Shown: in pieces, positions 11,401 through 24,300 of the stretch
Position numbering within the stretch: the first letter of the stretch is position 1
How the letters are laid out: the number at the start of each line of letters is the position of its first letter
Assembly (NCBI RefSeq): GCF_006345805.1
Contig: NW_021834023.1
Span: 1-52,006 of the forward strand
Direction: 5' to 3'
Origin: Octopus sinensis
Lineage: Eukaryota
Length of the DNA: 52,006 bases
Position numbers and translations under genes: made by a program
Notes under the pieces: model-generated
Database searches by the model: none
Told to the model about the DNA's origin: nothing
Seen by the model: the letters and a program-made list of their open reading frames with translations, nothing else

Positions 11401-12486
11401 GACATCATCTTTTGCTGTCAATCACAGCAAAAAATGATGTCCTAAATACATTCTGTTTATGCTCGTAAACCATTCTTCTGCCTCCTCAAGCATTCCCCAC
11501 ATCTCTTTCCCTTTAACACCCAGTTCTCCATCACTCATCTGTCTCTGGCATTAATCAAGGGCTGCATTCATTTGGAAGCAGAATCGTCACATATTACTCC
11601 ACACCATTTTCTTTCCATTGCCATTTATTTCCCTCCCACCCTGCCAGAACAACTCCATCCCTTATTTCCATTATCCCTTCTTCTTTTCCTGCACTATCTT
11701 CACTGGTCACATCCTTTCTCTGCCTTCAGTTATCTCTCCCTATCCTCAACCATTGGAGCTTCTACAAAGTCTTGCAGCCTGATGGACCCTTAATAATTAT
11801 CCAACAGATGCCAGCATCGAAGGAGGCCATTACTTGATGATGGTTATAGTTTTGTGATCTTAAATAAAATTGAGTCGATTGGTAAAAGTCAAAAGAAAAT
11901 GGCAAAAAACTAGGAGTTAAGAGAAAGAAATAGAAGCCTTTCTCTACCTTCAGCTATCTCACCCTCTCCTCAGTCATTGGACCTTGTCAAAGTCCTGCAG
12001 CCTGTCGGATCCTTAATAATTATCCAACTCAATCACCATTAATCATCAGCATCAATCATCATCATCCTCAATCATCCTCAATCATCCTCATCCTCAATCA
12101 TCATCATCATCAATCATCAATCATCGTCAATCCATCATCATCAATTGCATCATCAATCGTCATCATCATCAATCATCATCATCATCAACAATCATCATCA
12201 TTCATCAATCATAATCAATCATCAATCAGCATCATCATCAATCATCAATCATCGTCAATCAATCATCATCAATTGCATCATCAATCGTCTTCGTCATCAT
12301 CATCAACAACATTCTAACGTCCACTTTTCCATGCTTGTAATTTTTTTTGTGATGTTAAATGAAATTGAGCTGATTGGAAAAAGTTTTTTTTAAAAAAAGT
12401 GGCTAAAAACTGAGTTAAGTAAAGAAACGGAATTGAAAAGACAATTTCTAGTTTAAAAGGAGAAAAAGGTTTGTTGATCCATTTAC

Positions 12487-12525
12487 CACTTTGAGTAATA
12501 TTGTAACTTTCTCTTCTTGCCAAAC
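12487..12525 (-). CDS. Mini-exon A (39 nt, phase 1-1), (S)LARRESYNITQS, N-terminal strand of Ig-like domain 3
   Basis: Acceptor cttttcttcttttccag and donor g|gtaaat. Flanks are homologous to those of 34345-34383 and 44808-44864. Confidence 0.75.
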
Positions 12526-13053
12526 CTGGAAAAGAAGAAAAGAAAACTTTTAGATTTTCACATTTTACATTTAATCAACAGGATTGATTGCAATTTATGT
12601 TAGAATAATTAAATAATAATAATTATCATTTGTAAATAGAATTACACATTATATACAGCGGCAGTTTGGGTGAATGCATTGAACATGTGGTTGAATGCCT
12701 TCACAGAATTCAAAGACATTGGTGATGGTCTGCATTGGAAAGGCGTCTCTTGTCTACTTGTAATGAATGGAAAGTGTACGGCGAAATGACCATGGTGAGT
12801 GGAAAATCCAACTTTTCGGAGAGAGTCCTTGTACAGGAAGAAGTTGACAGGAGTGAAATTAAATAAAAACAATCAGTTTTCTTTCTAACTTATAGGATGT
12901 TAATCTCTTCCGTATTTCTCGTTATTTTAGTCTTGTTCCCTGAAGAAAAAATGTCTAAAACTTCGGAAAACCACTTCCTATGGAAATTTGTTAAAAGCTT
13001 GACACTTTCTGTTGATTTCTCTCTCTTTCTGTCTGTGTGTGACAGAGACAGAT

Positions 13054-13642
13054 GAAATACCTATTTCTTTACTACCCACAAGGGGCTACACACAGAGAGG
13101 ACAAACAAGGACAGACAAACGGATTAAGTCGATTATATCGACCCCAGTGCGTAACTGGTACTTATTTAATTGACCCCGAAATGATGAAAGGCAAAGTCGA
13201 TCTCAGCGGAATTTGAACTCAGAATATAAATACCTATTTCTTTACTGCCCACAAGGGGCTAAACACAGAGAGGCCAAACAAGGACGGACAAATGGATTAA
13301 GTTGATTACATCGACCCCAGTGTGTAACTGGTACTTATTTATCGACCCCGAAAGGATGAAAGGCAAAGTCAACCTCAGCGGAATTTGAACTCAGAACGTA
13401 GCGGCAGACAAAATACCTATTTCTTTACTACCCACAAGGGGCTAAACACACAGGGGACAAACAAGGACAGACAAACGGATTAAGTCGATTATATCGACCC
13501 CAGTGCATAACTGGTACTTAATTTATCGACCTCAAGAGGATGAAAGGCAAAGTCGACCTCGGCAGACTTTGAACTCAGAACGTAACGGCAGACAAAATAC
13601 TGCTAAGCATTTTGCCCGGCGTGCTAACGTTTCTGCCATCTT
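13054..13642 (-). mobile_element. Deu/Nin-like SINE with 3 tandem ~180-bp body units
   Basis: Repeated ctttactacccacaaggggct...gatgaaaggcaaagtcgac units ending at a single tRNA-like head. Confidence 0.88.
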
Positions 13643-13690
13643 GCTGCCTTAGTAGAAAGGATTATTAATATTATAAATCATTTTCCTTAC

Positions 13691-13939
13691 TGTGCATCTT
13701 CAAATCAAATTGTGATGATTCCAAATTATCGTCTTCAAATTTCCAAGTCAATCGTTCCTTAATTACATTTCGGATCCAAAAAGTCGATATATCTCCATCC
13801 TGCGTCACTTTGTATTCGGGGCTGTTAGCGCATGTCGTATCACATTCGTATTTATAATTGTTGTATTTCCAAACGGTCGGTCTTTTCATGTTTGGTATTT
13901 CAATCAGTAGAGTAGCGCTTACATTGAGTGCACCATTAT
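13691..13939 (-). CDS. Ig-like domain exon 2, 249 nt, phase 1-1
   Basis: Acceptor tttctttatttcag and donor a|gtaagg. Encodes NGALNVSATLLIEIP..TVW..YECDTTC..STFWIRNV..RLTWKF..FDLKMH. Confidence 0.88.
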
Positions 13940-14109
13940 CTGAAATAAAGAAATCAGGTGAGAAGTTTGCTTCCCAACCACATGGTTCTGGGTTCAGTCC
14001 CACTCTGTGGAACCTTGAGAAAAGTGACTTCTACTATAGTCACAGGCTGACCAATACCTTATGAGTGGATTTAGTAAATGGAAACTGAAAGAAACCTGTC
14101 GCGTGTTTG

Positions 14110-14139
<30 letters not shown>

Positions 14140-14140
<1 letters not shown>

Positions 14141-14244
14141 TAACAATTAAGGATAAAATCTTAATAAGGAATCTTAACAAGAAATTATCAGGTAGTTAAT
14201 TTCTTGTTAAGATTCCTTATTAAGATTTTATCCTTAATTGTTAA
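14140..14244. repeat. Perfect 48-bp inverted repeat with 9-nt loop and TTAA ends
   Basis: 14140-14187 is the exact reverse complement of 14197-14244. Confidence 0.92.
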
Positions 14245-14582
14245 ATTTATTCCGAAGAAAAACTTTTCCTACCGACATGCAGTTCGAAAAAGCCCGCCAT
14301 TTACCGAATATATGATGAATAAACATTTCCATGTGCTTCACCGAGGGGAGCAGATGTCTGTTTGGTTGTTTATTTATGATGTGTTCAGAATCTGTTCTAC
14401 TGATGAACAAAAGACGTATTTGATACGTTAATTGCGAAATCACAGGTGATATAGAACTAAATTCAGTTTTTTAAATGTCTTGCTTCGGGAACTGCATTAG
14501 GTATGATTAGTTAAATTTTGGTAGTAATGACTTATGTCCCTCTTAGTGTGTGGCATTTATGTGTAATAATGCCCTCTATACA

Positions 14583-14637
<55 letters not shown>

Positions 14638-14640
<3 letters not shown>

Positions 14641-14806
14641 TTTATTTAAAACCAACAGAAATTCAACAAAACCTGTTACTCTGAATTTCACGTTCCCGTT
14701 TGTCAGACAGTTTTCTGCTGCTTTTAAATAAAGCATATTACTCTACCCCTGGTATTTGAGTACTCTTTTTTCCACCTTGTTTCTCATTTATGTGTTTACT
14801 CCGGTA
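14638..14806 (-). mobile_element. Penelope-like pseudo-LTR fragment with short inverted flanks
   Basis: tttatttaaaaccaacagaaa ... tttctgctgcttttaaataaa flank the hammerhead-like motif; shares sequence with 5644-5785. Confidence 0.55.
14673..14710 (-). ncRNA. Minimal type-I hammerhead ribozyme-like motif (degenerate copy)
   Basis: CUGU-[CUGACAA]-ACG-GGAA-CGU-[GAAA]-UUC-A-GAG-[UA]-ACAG. Stems I and II pair. This copy has G8>A; the 5752-5784 copy keeps G8. Confidence 0.55.
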
Positions 14807-14827
14807 TATATATATATACATATATAC

Positions 14828-14858
<31 letters not shown>

Positions 14859-14890
14859 AATATACATATATATATGTATATATATGTATG

Positions 14891-14932
<42 letters not shown>

Positions 14933-15277
14933 CGTGTGTGTGTGTGTGTGTGTTTGTCCCCCACCACCCCTTGACAATCGGTGTTGGTGTCTTTTGTGCC
15001 TGTAATTTAGTGGTTCAGCAAAACTGACCAATAGAATATGTACCAGGAAGACTTAAAACATATAAATACAGGGGTCAATTCATTCTACAAAAAAGCCTTC
15101 AAGGCAGTGCCCCAGCATGGCCACGCTCCAACGACTGAAACAAATAAAAGCTTATCATAATTTTAACACCTATTTTTCAATGCTTCAATGAATCTGAGTT
15201 GACGTTTCCAACAGGAGGACGCTCTCCCTGTCACCAAACCCCTCTTTCTAAACAAGTCCATAATATAGAACAACGAT

Positions 15278-15962
15278 TTATCGACCCCAGTACGTAACTG
15301 GTACTTAATTTATCGACCCCCGAAAGGATGAAAGGCAAAGTTGACCTCGGCGGAATTTGAACTCAGAATGTAGCGCAGATGAAATACCTGTTTCTTTACT
15401 ACCCACAAGGGGCTAAACACAGAGGGGACAAACAAGGACAGACAAACGGATTAAGTCGATTACATCTACCCCAGTATGTAACTGGTATTTAATTTATCGA
15501 CCCCGAAAGGATGGAAGGCAAAGTCGACCTCGGCGGAGTTTGAACTCAGAGTGTACCACAGACGAAATACCTGCTTCTTTACTACCCACAAGGGGCTAAA
15601 CATAGAGGGGACAAACAAGGACAGCTAGGGGATTAAGTCGATTACATCGACCCTAGTATGTAACTGGTACTTAATTTATCGACCTCGAAAGGATGAAAGG
15701 CAAAGTTGACCTCGGCGGAATTTGAACTCAGAATGTAGCGCAGATGAAATACCTGTTTCTTTACTACCCACAAGGGGCTAAACACACAGGGGACAAACAA
15801 GGACAGACAAACGGATTAAGTCGATTACATCGACCCCAGTATGTAACTGGTATTTAATTTATCGACCCCGAAACGATGAAAGGCAAAGTCGACCTCGGCG
15901 GAATTTGAACTCGGAACGCAACGACAGACGAAATACGGCTACGCATTTCGCCCGGCGTGCTA
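15278..15962 (-). mobile_element. Deu/Nin-like SINE with ~4 tandem ~183-bp units
   Basis: Same unit and junction as 13054-13642. Confidence 0.88.
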
Positions 15963-16164
15963 ACAAATGACGCTGTATAAATGAGCCTTTTATTTACTAA
16001 GATTGTGCAACACATCGAGAAGCCCCGACATGCATTTGTGGTGGGCATCAAGCAAGTGACATCGCTGGGAAAAGCATTGATTACAAACCCAGCAAATGCA
16101 AGGGAATTGACGAAATCACACACATACAAACGAACACAGATGCGTGTATGTGAGAGTGCATATA

Positions 16165-16679
16165 TGTGTGTACTCTGACTCTTTACTCATTTACTTGTTT
16201 CAGTCATTTGACTGTGGCCATGCTGGAGCACCACCTTTTTTAGTTGAGCAAATCGACCCCAGGACTTATTCTTTGTAAGCCTAGTACTTATTCTATCGGT
16301 CTCTTTTGCTGAACCGCTAAGTTTACTCTTTTTACTTGTTTCAGTCATTTGACTGCGGCCATGCTGGAGCACCACCTTTTTTTAGTCGAGCAAATCGACC
16401 CCAGGACTTATTCTTTGTAAGCCTAGTACTTATTCTATCGGTCTCTTTTGCTGAACCGCTAAGTTTACTCTTTTTACTTGTTTCAGTCATTTGACTGCGG
16501 CCATGCTGGAGCACCACCTTTTTTTAGTTGAGCAAATCGACCCTAGGACTTATTCTTTGTAAGCCTAGTACTTATTCTATCGGTGTCTTTTTGCCGAACC
16601 GCTATGTAACGGGGACGTAAACACACCAGCATCGGTTGTCAAGCGATGTTGGGGGGACAAACAAAGACACACATACACC

Positions 16680-16680
<1 letters not shown>
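16165..16680 (-). mobile_element. 3' half of a CORE-like SINE with the tail unit triplicated (~140 bp)
   Basis: tttactcttttacttgtttcagtcatttgactg... occurs three times. Confidence 0.85.
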
Positions 16681-16716
<36 letters not shown>

Positions 16717-16900
16717 TAGATTAGAGATAAAACCACTATTAGGCAAATCAAACAGTGAAAAACATAAACCAATACATAGCAATAAAATTAATTAATATAA
16801 TATACAAAATATATAAAATATAAAATTCAAAATTTAAATTTAAAGTTGAAATTTAAAAAATTATTTAAATTATTAATTTATACTTATAAATTTATATATA

Positions 16901-16960
<60 letters not shown>

Positions 16961-16977
16961 TATTATTATTATTTTTA

Positions 16978-17012
<35 letters not shown>

Positions 17013-17060
17013 TTATAAATATAACTATCAAAAAGTATTTAAAAGTTTAATATAAGATAC

Positions 17061-18119
17061 AACAGGCTTCTTTCAGTTTCCGTCTACCAAATCCACTCAC
17101 AAGGCTTTGGTCGGCCCGAGGCTATAGTAGAAGACACTTGCCCAAGGTGCCACGCAGTGGGACTGAACCCGGAACCGTGTGGTTGGTAAGCAAGCTTCTT
17201 ACCACACAACCACTCCTGCACCTATACATATACATATATACGACAGGCTTCTTTCAGTTTCCGTCTACCAAATCCACTCACAAGGCTTTGGTCGGCCCGA
17301 GGCTATAGTAGAAGACACTTGCCCAAGGTGCCACGCAGTGGGACTGAACCCGGAACCGTGTGGTTGGTAAGCAAGCTTCTTACCACACAACCACTCCTGC
17401 ACCTATACATATACATATATACGACAGGCTTCTTTCAGTTTCCGTCTACCAAATCCACTCACAAGGCTTTGGTCGGCCCGAGGCTATAGTAGAAGACACT
17501 TGCCCAAGGTGCCACGCAGTGGGACTGAACCCGGAACCGTGTGGTTGGTAAGCAAGCTTCTTACCACACAACACTCCTGCACCTATACATACACATATAT
17601 ACGACAGGCTTCTTTCAGTTTCCGTCTACCAAATCACTCACAAGGCTTTGGTCGGCCCGAGGCTATAGTAGAAGACACTTGCCCAAGGTGCCACGCAGTG
17701 GGACTGAACCCGGAACCGTGTGGTTGGTAAGCAAGCTTCTTACCACACAACCACTCCTGCACCTATACATACACATATATACGACAGGCTTCTTTCAGTT
17801 TCCGTCTACCAAATCACTCACAAGGCTTTGGTCGGCCCGAGGCTATAGTAGAAGACACTTGCCCAAGGTGCCACGCAGTGGGACTGAACCCGGAACCGTG
17901 TGGTTGGTAAGCAAGCTTCTTACCACACAACAACTCCTGCACCTATACATACACATATATACGACAGGCTTCTTTCAGTTTCCGTCTACCAAATCCACTC
18001 ACAAGGCTTTGGTCGGCCCGAGGCTATAGTAGAAGACACTTGCCCAAGGTGCCACGCAGTGGGACTGAACCCGGAACCGTGTGGTTGGTAAGCAAACTTC
18101 TTACCACACAGCCACTCCT
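17061..18119 (-). repeat. Six tandem, near-identical 180-181 bp copies of the 5' part of the CORE-like SINE
   Basis: Unit starts at ~17061, 17242, 17423, 17603, 17783 and 17963. Confidence 0.92.
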
Positions 18120-18343
18120 GTATGATAGACTCTCCGACAGAAGAAGACATGTGAGTGTCCAGTGCTTGGTGCACGACCGGCACAAATGATTTGTTTATAG
18201 TGACCAACTGTATGCGCTGTACATAAGCTTGGTCACTCCACTGAATCGACATTACCTGAACAGGTGTGTGGTGCGCCTCACCTTGGCTGTTGAAGTGATT
18301 GCAGAGTAACAGCAGACAAAGTGCTTTGCTCAAGAACATGTAG

Positions 18344-21300
18344 TGACGTCATTCTTCAGTGTGCTTGTGCGGGGCTGGAACCTTCTGGAAAGGCCAAAGG
18401 AAGTTCCCTAATGCACATGCGCTAAAAACTGATGTCATTCTTCAGTGTGCGTGTGCGGGGCTGGAACCTTCTGGAAAGGCCAAAGGAAGTTCCCTAATGC
18501 ACATGCACTAAAAACTGATGTCATTCTTCAGTGTGCGTGTGCGGGGCTGGAACCTTCTGGAAAGGCCAAAGGAAGTTCCCTAATGCACATGCGCTAAAAA
18601 CTGATGTCATTCTTCAGTGTGCGTGTGCGGGGCTGGAACCTTCTGGAAAGGCCAAAGGAAGTTCCCTAATGCACATGCACTAAAAACTGATGTCATTCTT
18701 CAGTGTGCGTGTGCGGGGCTGGAACCTTCTGGAAAGGCCAAGGAAGTTCCCTAATGCACATGCACTAAAAACTGATGTCATTCTTCAGTGTGCGTGTGCG
18801 GGGCTGGAACCTTCTGGAAAGGCCAAAGGAAGTTCCCTAATGCACATGCACTAAAAACTGATGTCATTCTTCAGTGTGCTTGTGCGGGGCTGGAACCTTC
18901 TGGAAAGGCCAAAGGAAGTTCCCTAATGCACATGCACTAAAAACTGATGTCATTCTTCAGTGTGCTTGTGCGGGGCTGGAACCTTCTGGAAAGGCCAAAG
19001 GAAGTTCCCTAATGCACATGCGCTAAAAACTGATGTCATTCTTCAGTGTGCTTGTGCGGGGCTGGAACCTTCTGGAAAGGCCAAAGGAAGTTCCCTAATG
19101 CAAATGCGCTAAAAACTGATGTCATTCTTCAGTGTGCGTTGCGGGGCTGGAACCTTCTGGAAAGGCAAAGGAAGTTCCCTAATGCACATGCACTAAAAAC
19201 TGATGTCATTCTTCAGTGTGCGTGTGCGGGGCTGGAACCTTCTGGAAAGGCCAAAGGAAGTTCCCTAATGCACATGCACTAAAAACTGATGTCATTCTTC
19301 AGTGTGCGTGTGCGGGGCTGGAACCTTCTGGAAAGGCCTAAGGAAGTTCACTAATGCACATGCACTAAAAACTGATGTCATTCTTCAGTGTGCGTGTGCG
19401 GGGCTGGAACCTCCTGGAAAGGCCAAAGGAAGTTCCCTAATGCACATGCACTAAAAACTGATGTCATTCTTCAGTGTGCTTGTGCGGGGCTGGAACTTTC
19501 TGGAAAGGCCTAAGGAAGTTCCCTAATGCACATGCACTAAAAACTGATGTCATTCTTCAGTGTGCGTGTGCGGGGCTGGAACCTTCTGGAAAGGCCAAAG
19601 GAAGTTCCCTTATGCCCATGCACTAAAAACTGATGTCATTCTTCAGTGTGCGTGTGCGGGGCTGGAACCTTCTGGAAAGTCCTAAGGAAGTTCCCTAATG
19701 CACATGCACTAAAAACTGATGTCATTCTTCAGTGTGTGTGTGCGGGGCTGGAACCTTCTGGAAAGTCCAAAGGAAGTTCCCTAATGCACATGCACTAAAA
19801 ACTGATGTCATTCTTCAGTGTGCGTGTGCGGGGCTGGAACCTTCTGGAAAGGCCAAAGGAAGTTCCCTAATGCACATGCACTAAAAACTGATGTCATTCT
19901 TCAGTGTGCGTGTGCGGGGCTGGAACCTTCTGGAAAGGCCAAAGGAAGTTCCCTAATGCACATGCACTAAAAACTGATGTCATTCTTCAGTGTGCGTGTG
20001 CGGGGCTGGAACCTTCTGGAAAGGCCAAAGGAAGTTCCCTAATGCACATGCACTAAAAACTGATGTCATTCTTCAGTGTGCGTGTGCGGGGCTGGAACCT
20101 TCTGGAAAGGCCAAAGGAAGTTCCCTAATGCACATGCACTAAAAACTGATGTCATTCTTCAGTGTGCGTGTGCGGGGCTGGAACCTTCTGGAAAGGCCAA
20201 AGGAAGTTCCTAATGCACATGCACTAAAAACTGATGTCATTCTTCAGTGTGCGTGTGCGGGGCTGGAACTTCTGGAAAGGCCAAAGGAAGTTCCCTAATG
20301 CACATGCACTAAAAACTGATGTCATTCTTCAGTGTGCGTGTGCGGGGCTGGAACCTTCTGGAAAGGCCAAAGGAAGTTCACTTATGCACATGCACTAAAA
20401 ACTGATGTCATTCTTCAGTGTGCGTGTGTGGGGCTGGAACCTTCTGGAAAGGCCTTAGGAAGTTCACTTATGCACATGCACTAAAAACTGATGTCATTCT
20501 TCAGTGTGCGTGTGCGGGACTGGAACCTTCTGGAAAGGCCAAAGGAAGTTCACTTATGCACATGCACTAAAAACTGATGTCATTCTTCAGTGTGCGTGTG
20601 CGGGACTGGAACCTTCTGGAAAGGCCAAGGAAGTTCACTTATGCACATGCACTGAAAACTGATGTCATTCTTCAGTGTGCGTGTGTGGGGCTGGAACTTC
20701 TGGAAAGGCCTTAGGAAGTTCACTATGCACATGCACTAAAAACTGATGTCATTCTTCAGTGTGCGTGTGCGGGACTGGAACCTTCTGGAAAGGCCAAAGG
20801 AAGTTCACTTATGCACATGCACTAAAAACTGATGTCATTCTTCAGTGTGCGTGTGGGGGCTGGAACCTTCTGGAAAGCCAAAGGAAGTTCACTTATGCAC
20901 ATGCACTGAAAACTGATGTCATTCTTCAGTGTGCGTGTGTGGGGCTGGAACCTTCTGGAAAGGCCTTAGGAAGTTCACTTATGCACATGCACTAAAAACT
21001 GATGTCATTCTTCAGTGTGCGTGTGCGGGACTGGAACCTTCTGGAAAGGCCAAAGGAAGTTCCCTAATGCACATGCGCTAAAAACTGATGTCATTCTTCA
21101 GTGTGCGTGTGCGGGGCTGGAACCTTCTGGAAAGGCCAAAGGAAGTTCCCTAATGCACATGCACTAAAAACTGATGTCATTCTTCAGTGTGCGTGTGCGG
21201 GGCTGGAACCTTCTGGAAAGGCCAAAGGAAGTTCCCTAATGCACATGCACTAAAAACTGATGTCATTCTTCAGTGTGCGTGTGCGGGGCTGGAACCTTCT

Positions 21301-24300
21301 GGAAAGGCCAAAGGAAGTTCCCTAATGCACATGCACTAAAAACTGATGTCATTCTTCAGTGTGCGTGTGCGGGGCTGGAACCTTCTGGAAGGCCAAAGGA
21401 AGTTCCCTAATGCACATGCACTAAAAACTGATGTCATTCTTCAGTGTGCGTGTGCGGGGCTGGAACCTTCTGGAAAGGCCAAAGGAAGTTCACTTATGCA
21501 CATGCACTAAAAACTGATGTCATTCTTCAGTGTGCGTGTGCGGGGCTGGAACCTTCTGGAAAGGCCAAAGGAAGTTCCCTAATGCACATGCACTAAAAAC
21601 TGATGTCATTCTTCAGTGTGCGTGTGCGGGGCTGGAACCTTCTGGAAAGGCCAAAGGAAGTTCACTTATGCACATGCACTAAAAACTGATGTCATTCTTC
21701 AGTGTGCGTGTGGGGGCTGGAACCTTCTGGAAAGGCCTTAGGAAGTTCACTTATGCACATGCACTAAAAACTGATGTCATTCTTCAGTGTGCGTGTGTGG
21801 GGCTGGAACCTTCTGGAAAGGCCTAAGGAAGTTCCCTAATGCACATGCACTAAAAACTGATGTCATTCTTCAGTGTGCGTGTGCGGGACTGGAACCTTCT
21901 GGAAAGGCCAAAGGAAGTTCACTTATGCACATGCACTAAAAACTGATGTCATTCTTCAGTGTGCGTGTGTGGGGCTGGAACCTTCTGGAAAGGCCTTAGG
22001 AAGTTCACTTATGCACATGCACTAAAAACTGATGTCATTCTTCAGTGTGCGTGTGTGGGGCTGGAACCTTCTGGAAAGGCCTAAGGAAGTTCCCTAATGC
22101 ACATGCACTAAAAACTGATGTCATTCTTCAGTGTGCGTGTGTGGGGCTGGAACCTTCTGTAAAGGCCAAAGGAAGTTCACTTATGCACATGCACTAAAAA
22201 CTGATGTCATTCTTCAGTGTGCGTGTGTGGGGCTGGAACCTTCTGTAAAGGCCAAAGGAAGTTCACTTATGCACATGCACTAAAAACTGATGTCATTCTT
22301 CAGTGTGCGTGTGCGGGGCTGGAACCTTCTGGAAAGGCCAAAGGAAGTTCACTTATGCACATGCACTAAAAACTGATGTCATTCTTCAGTGTGCGTGTGT
22401 GGGGCTGGAACCTTCTGGAAAGGCCAAAGGAAGTTCACTTATGCACATGCACTGAAAACTGATGTCATTCTTCAGTGTGCGTGTGTGGGGCTGGAACCTT
22501 CTGGAAAGGCCTTAGGAAGTTCCCTTATGCACATGCACTAAAAACTGATGTCATTCTTCAGTGTGCGTGTGTGGGGCTGGAACCTTCTGTAAAGGCCAAA
22601 GGAAGTTCACTTATGCACATGCACTAAAAACTGATGTCATTCTTCAGTGTGCGTGTGTGGGGCTGGAACCTTCTGTAAAGGCCAAAGGAAGTTCACTTAT
22701 GCACATGCACTAAAAACTGATGTCATTCTTCAGTGTGCGTGTGTGGGGCTGGAACCTTCTGGAAAGGCCTTAGGAAGTTCCCTTATGCACATGCACTAAA
22801 AACTGATGTCATTCTTCAGTGTGCGTGTGTGGGGCTGGAACCTTCTGTAAAGGCCAAAGGAAGTTCACTTATGCACATGCACTAAAAACTGATGTCATTC
22901 TTCAGTGTGCGTGTGTGGGGCTGGAACCTTCTGTAAAGGCCAAAGAAGTTCACTTATGCACATGCACTAAAAACTGATGTCATTCTTCAGTGTGCGTGTG
23001 CGGGGCTGGAACTTCTGGAAAGGCCAAAGGAAGTTCCCTAATGCACATGCACTAAAAACTGATGTCATTCTTCAGTGTGCGTGTGCGGGGCTGGAACCTT
23101 CTGGAAAGGCCAAAGGAAGTTCCCTAATGCACATGCACTAAAAACTGATGTCATTCTTCAGTGTGCGTGTGCGGGGCTGGAACCTTCTGGAAAGGCCAAA
23201 GGAAGTTCCCTAATGCACATGCACTAAAAACTGATGTCATTCTTCAGTGTGCGTGTGCGGGGCTGGAACCTTCTGGAAAGGCCAAAGGAAGTTCACTTAT
23301 GCACATGCACTAAAAACTGATGTCATTCTTCAGTGTGCGTGTGTGGGGCTGGAACCTTCTGGAAAGGCCTTAGGAAGTTCACTTATGCACATGCACTAAA
23401 AACTGATGTCATTCTTCAGTGTGCGTGTGTGGGGCTGGAACCTTCTGGAAAGGCCTAAGGAAGTTCCCTAATGCACATGCACTAAAAACTGATGTCATTC
23501 TTCAGTGTGCGTGTGCGGGACTGGAACCTTCTGGAAAGGCCAAAGGAAGTTCACTTATGCACATGCACTAAAACTGATGTCATTCTTCAGTGTGCGTGTG
23601 TGGGGCTGGAACCTTCTGGAAAGGCCTAAGGAAGTTCCCTAATGCACATGCACTAAAAACTGATGTCATTCTTCAGTGTGCGTGTGCGGGACTGGAACCT
23701 TCTGGAAAGGCCAAAGGAAGTTCACTTATGCACATGCACTAAAAACTGATGTCATTCTTCAGTGTGCGTGTGCGGGACTGGAACCTTCTGGAAAGGCCAA
23801 AGGAAGTTCACTTATGCACATGCACTGAAAACTGATGTCATTCTTCAGTGTGCGTGTGTGGGGCTGGAACCTTCTGGAAAGGCCTTAGGAAGTTCACTTA
23901 TGCACATGCACTAAAAACTGATGTCATTCTTCAGTGTGCGTGTGCGGGACTGGAACCTTCTGGAAAGGCCAAAGGAAGTTCCCTAATGCACATGCGCTAA
24001 AAACTGATGTCATTCTTCAGTGTGCGTGTGCGGGGCTGGAACCTTCTGGAAAGGCCAAAGAAGTTCCCTAATGCACATGCACTAAAAACTGATGTCATTC
24101 TTCAGTGTGCGTGTGCGGGGCTGGAACCTTCTGGAAAGGCCAAAGGAAGTTCCCTAATGCACATGCACTAAAAACTGATGTCATTCTTCAGTGTGCGTGT
24201 GCGGGGCTGGAACCTTCTGGAAAGGCCAAAGGAAGTTCCCTAATGCACATGCACTAAAAACTGATGTCATTCTTCAGTGTGCGTGTGCGGGGCTGGAACC

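Noticed and set aside
17179-18091. Repeated ORFs MVGKQASYHTT.../RLLSVSVYQIHSQGFG...
   Set aside because: Antisense translations of SINE copies that recur wherever the SINE occurs.
18431-18516. Hammerhead or C/D-box RNA in the satellite (CTGATG on plus, CTGAAGA on minus)
   Set aside because: No correctly placed stem II-GAAA-stem III arrangement, and the C box is imperfect.
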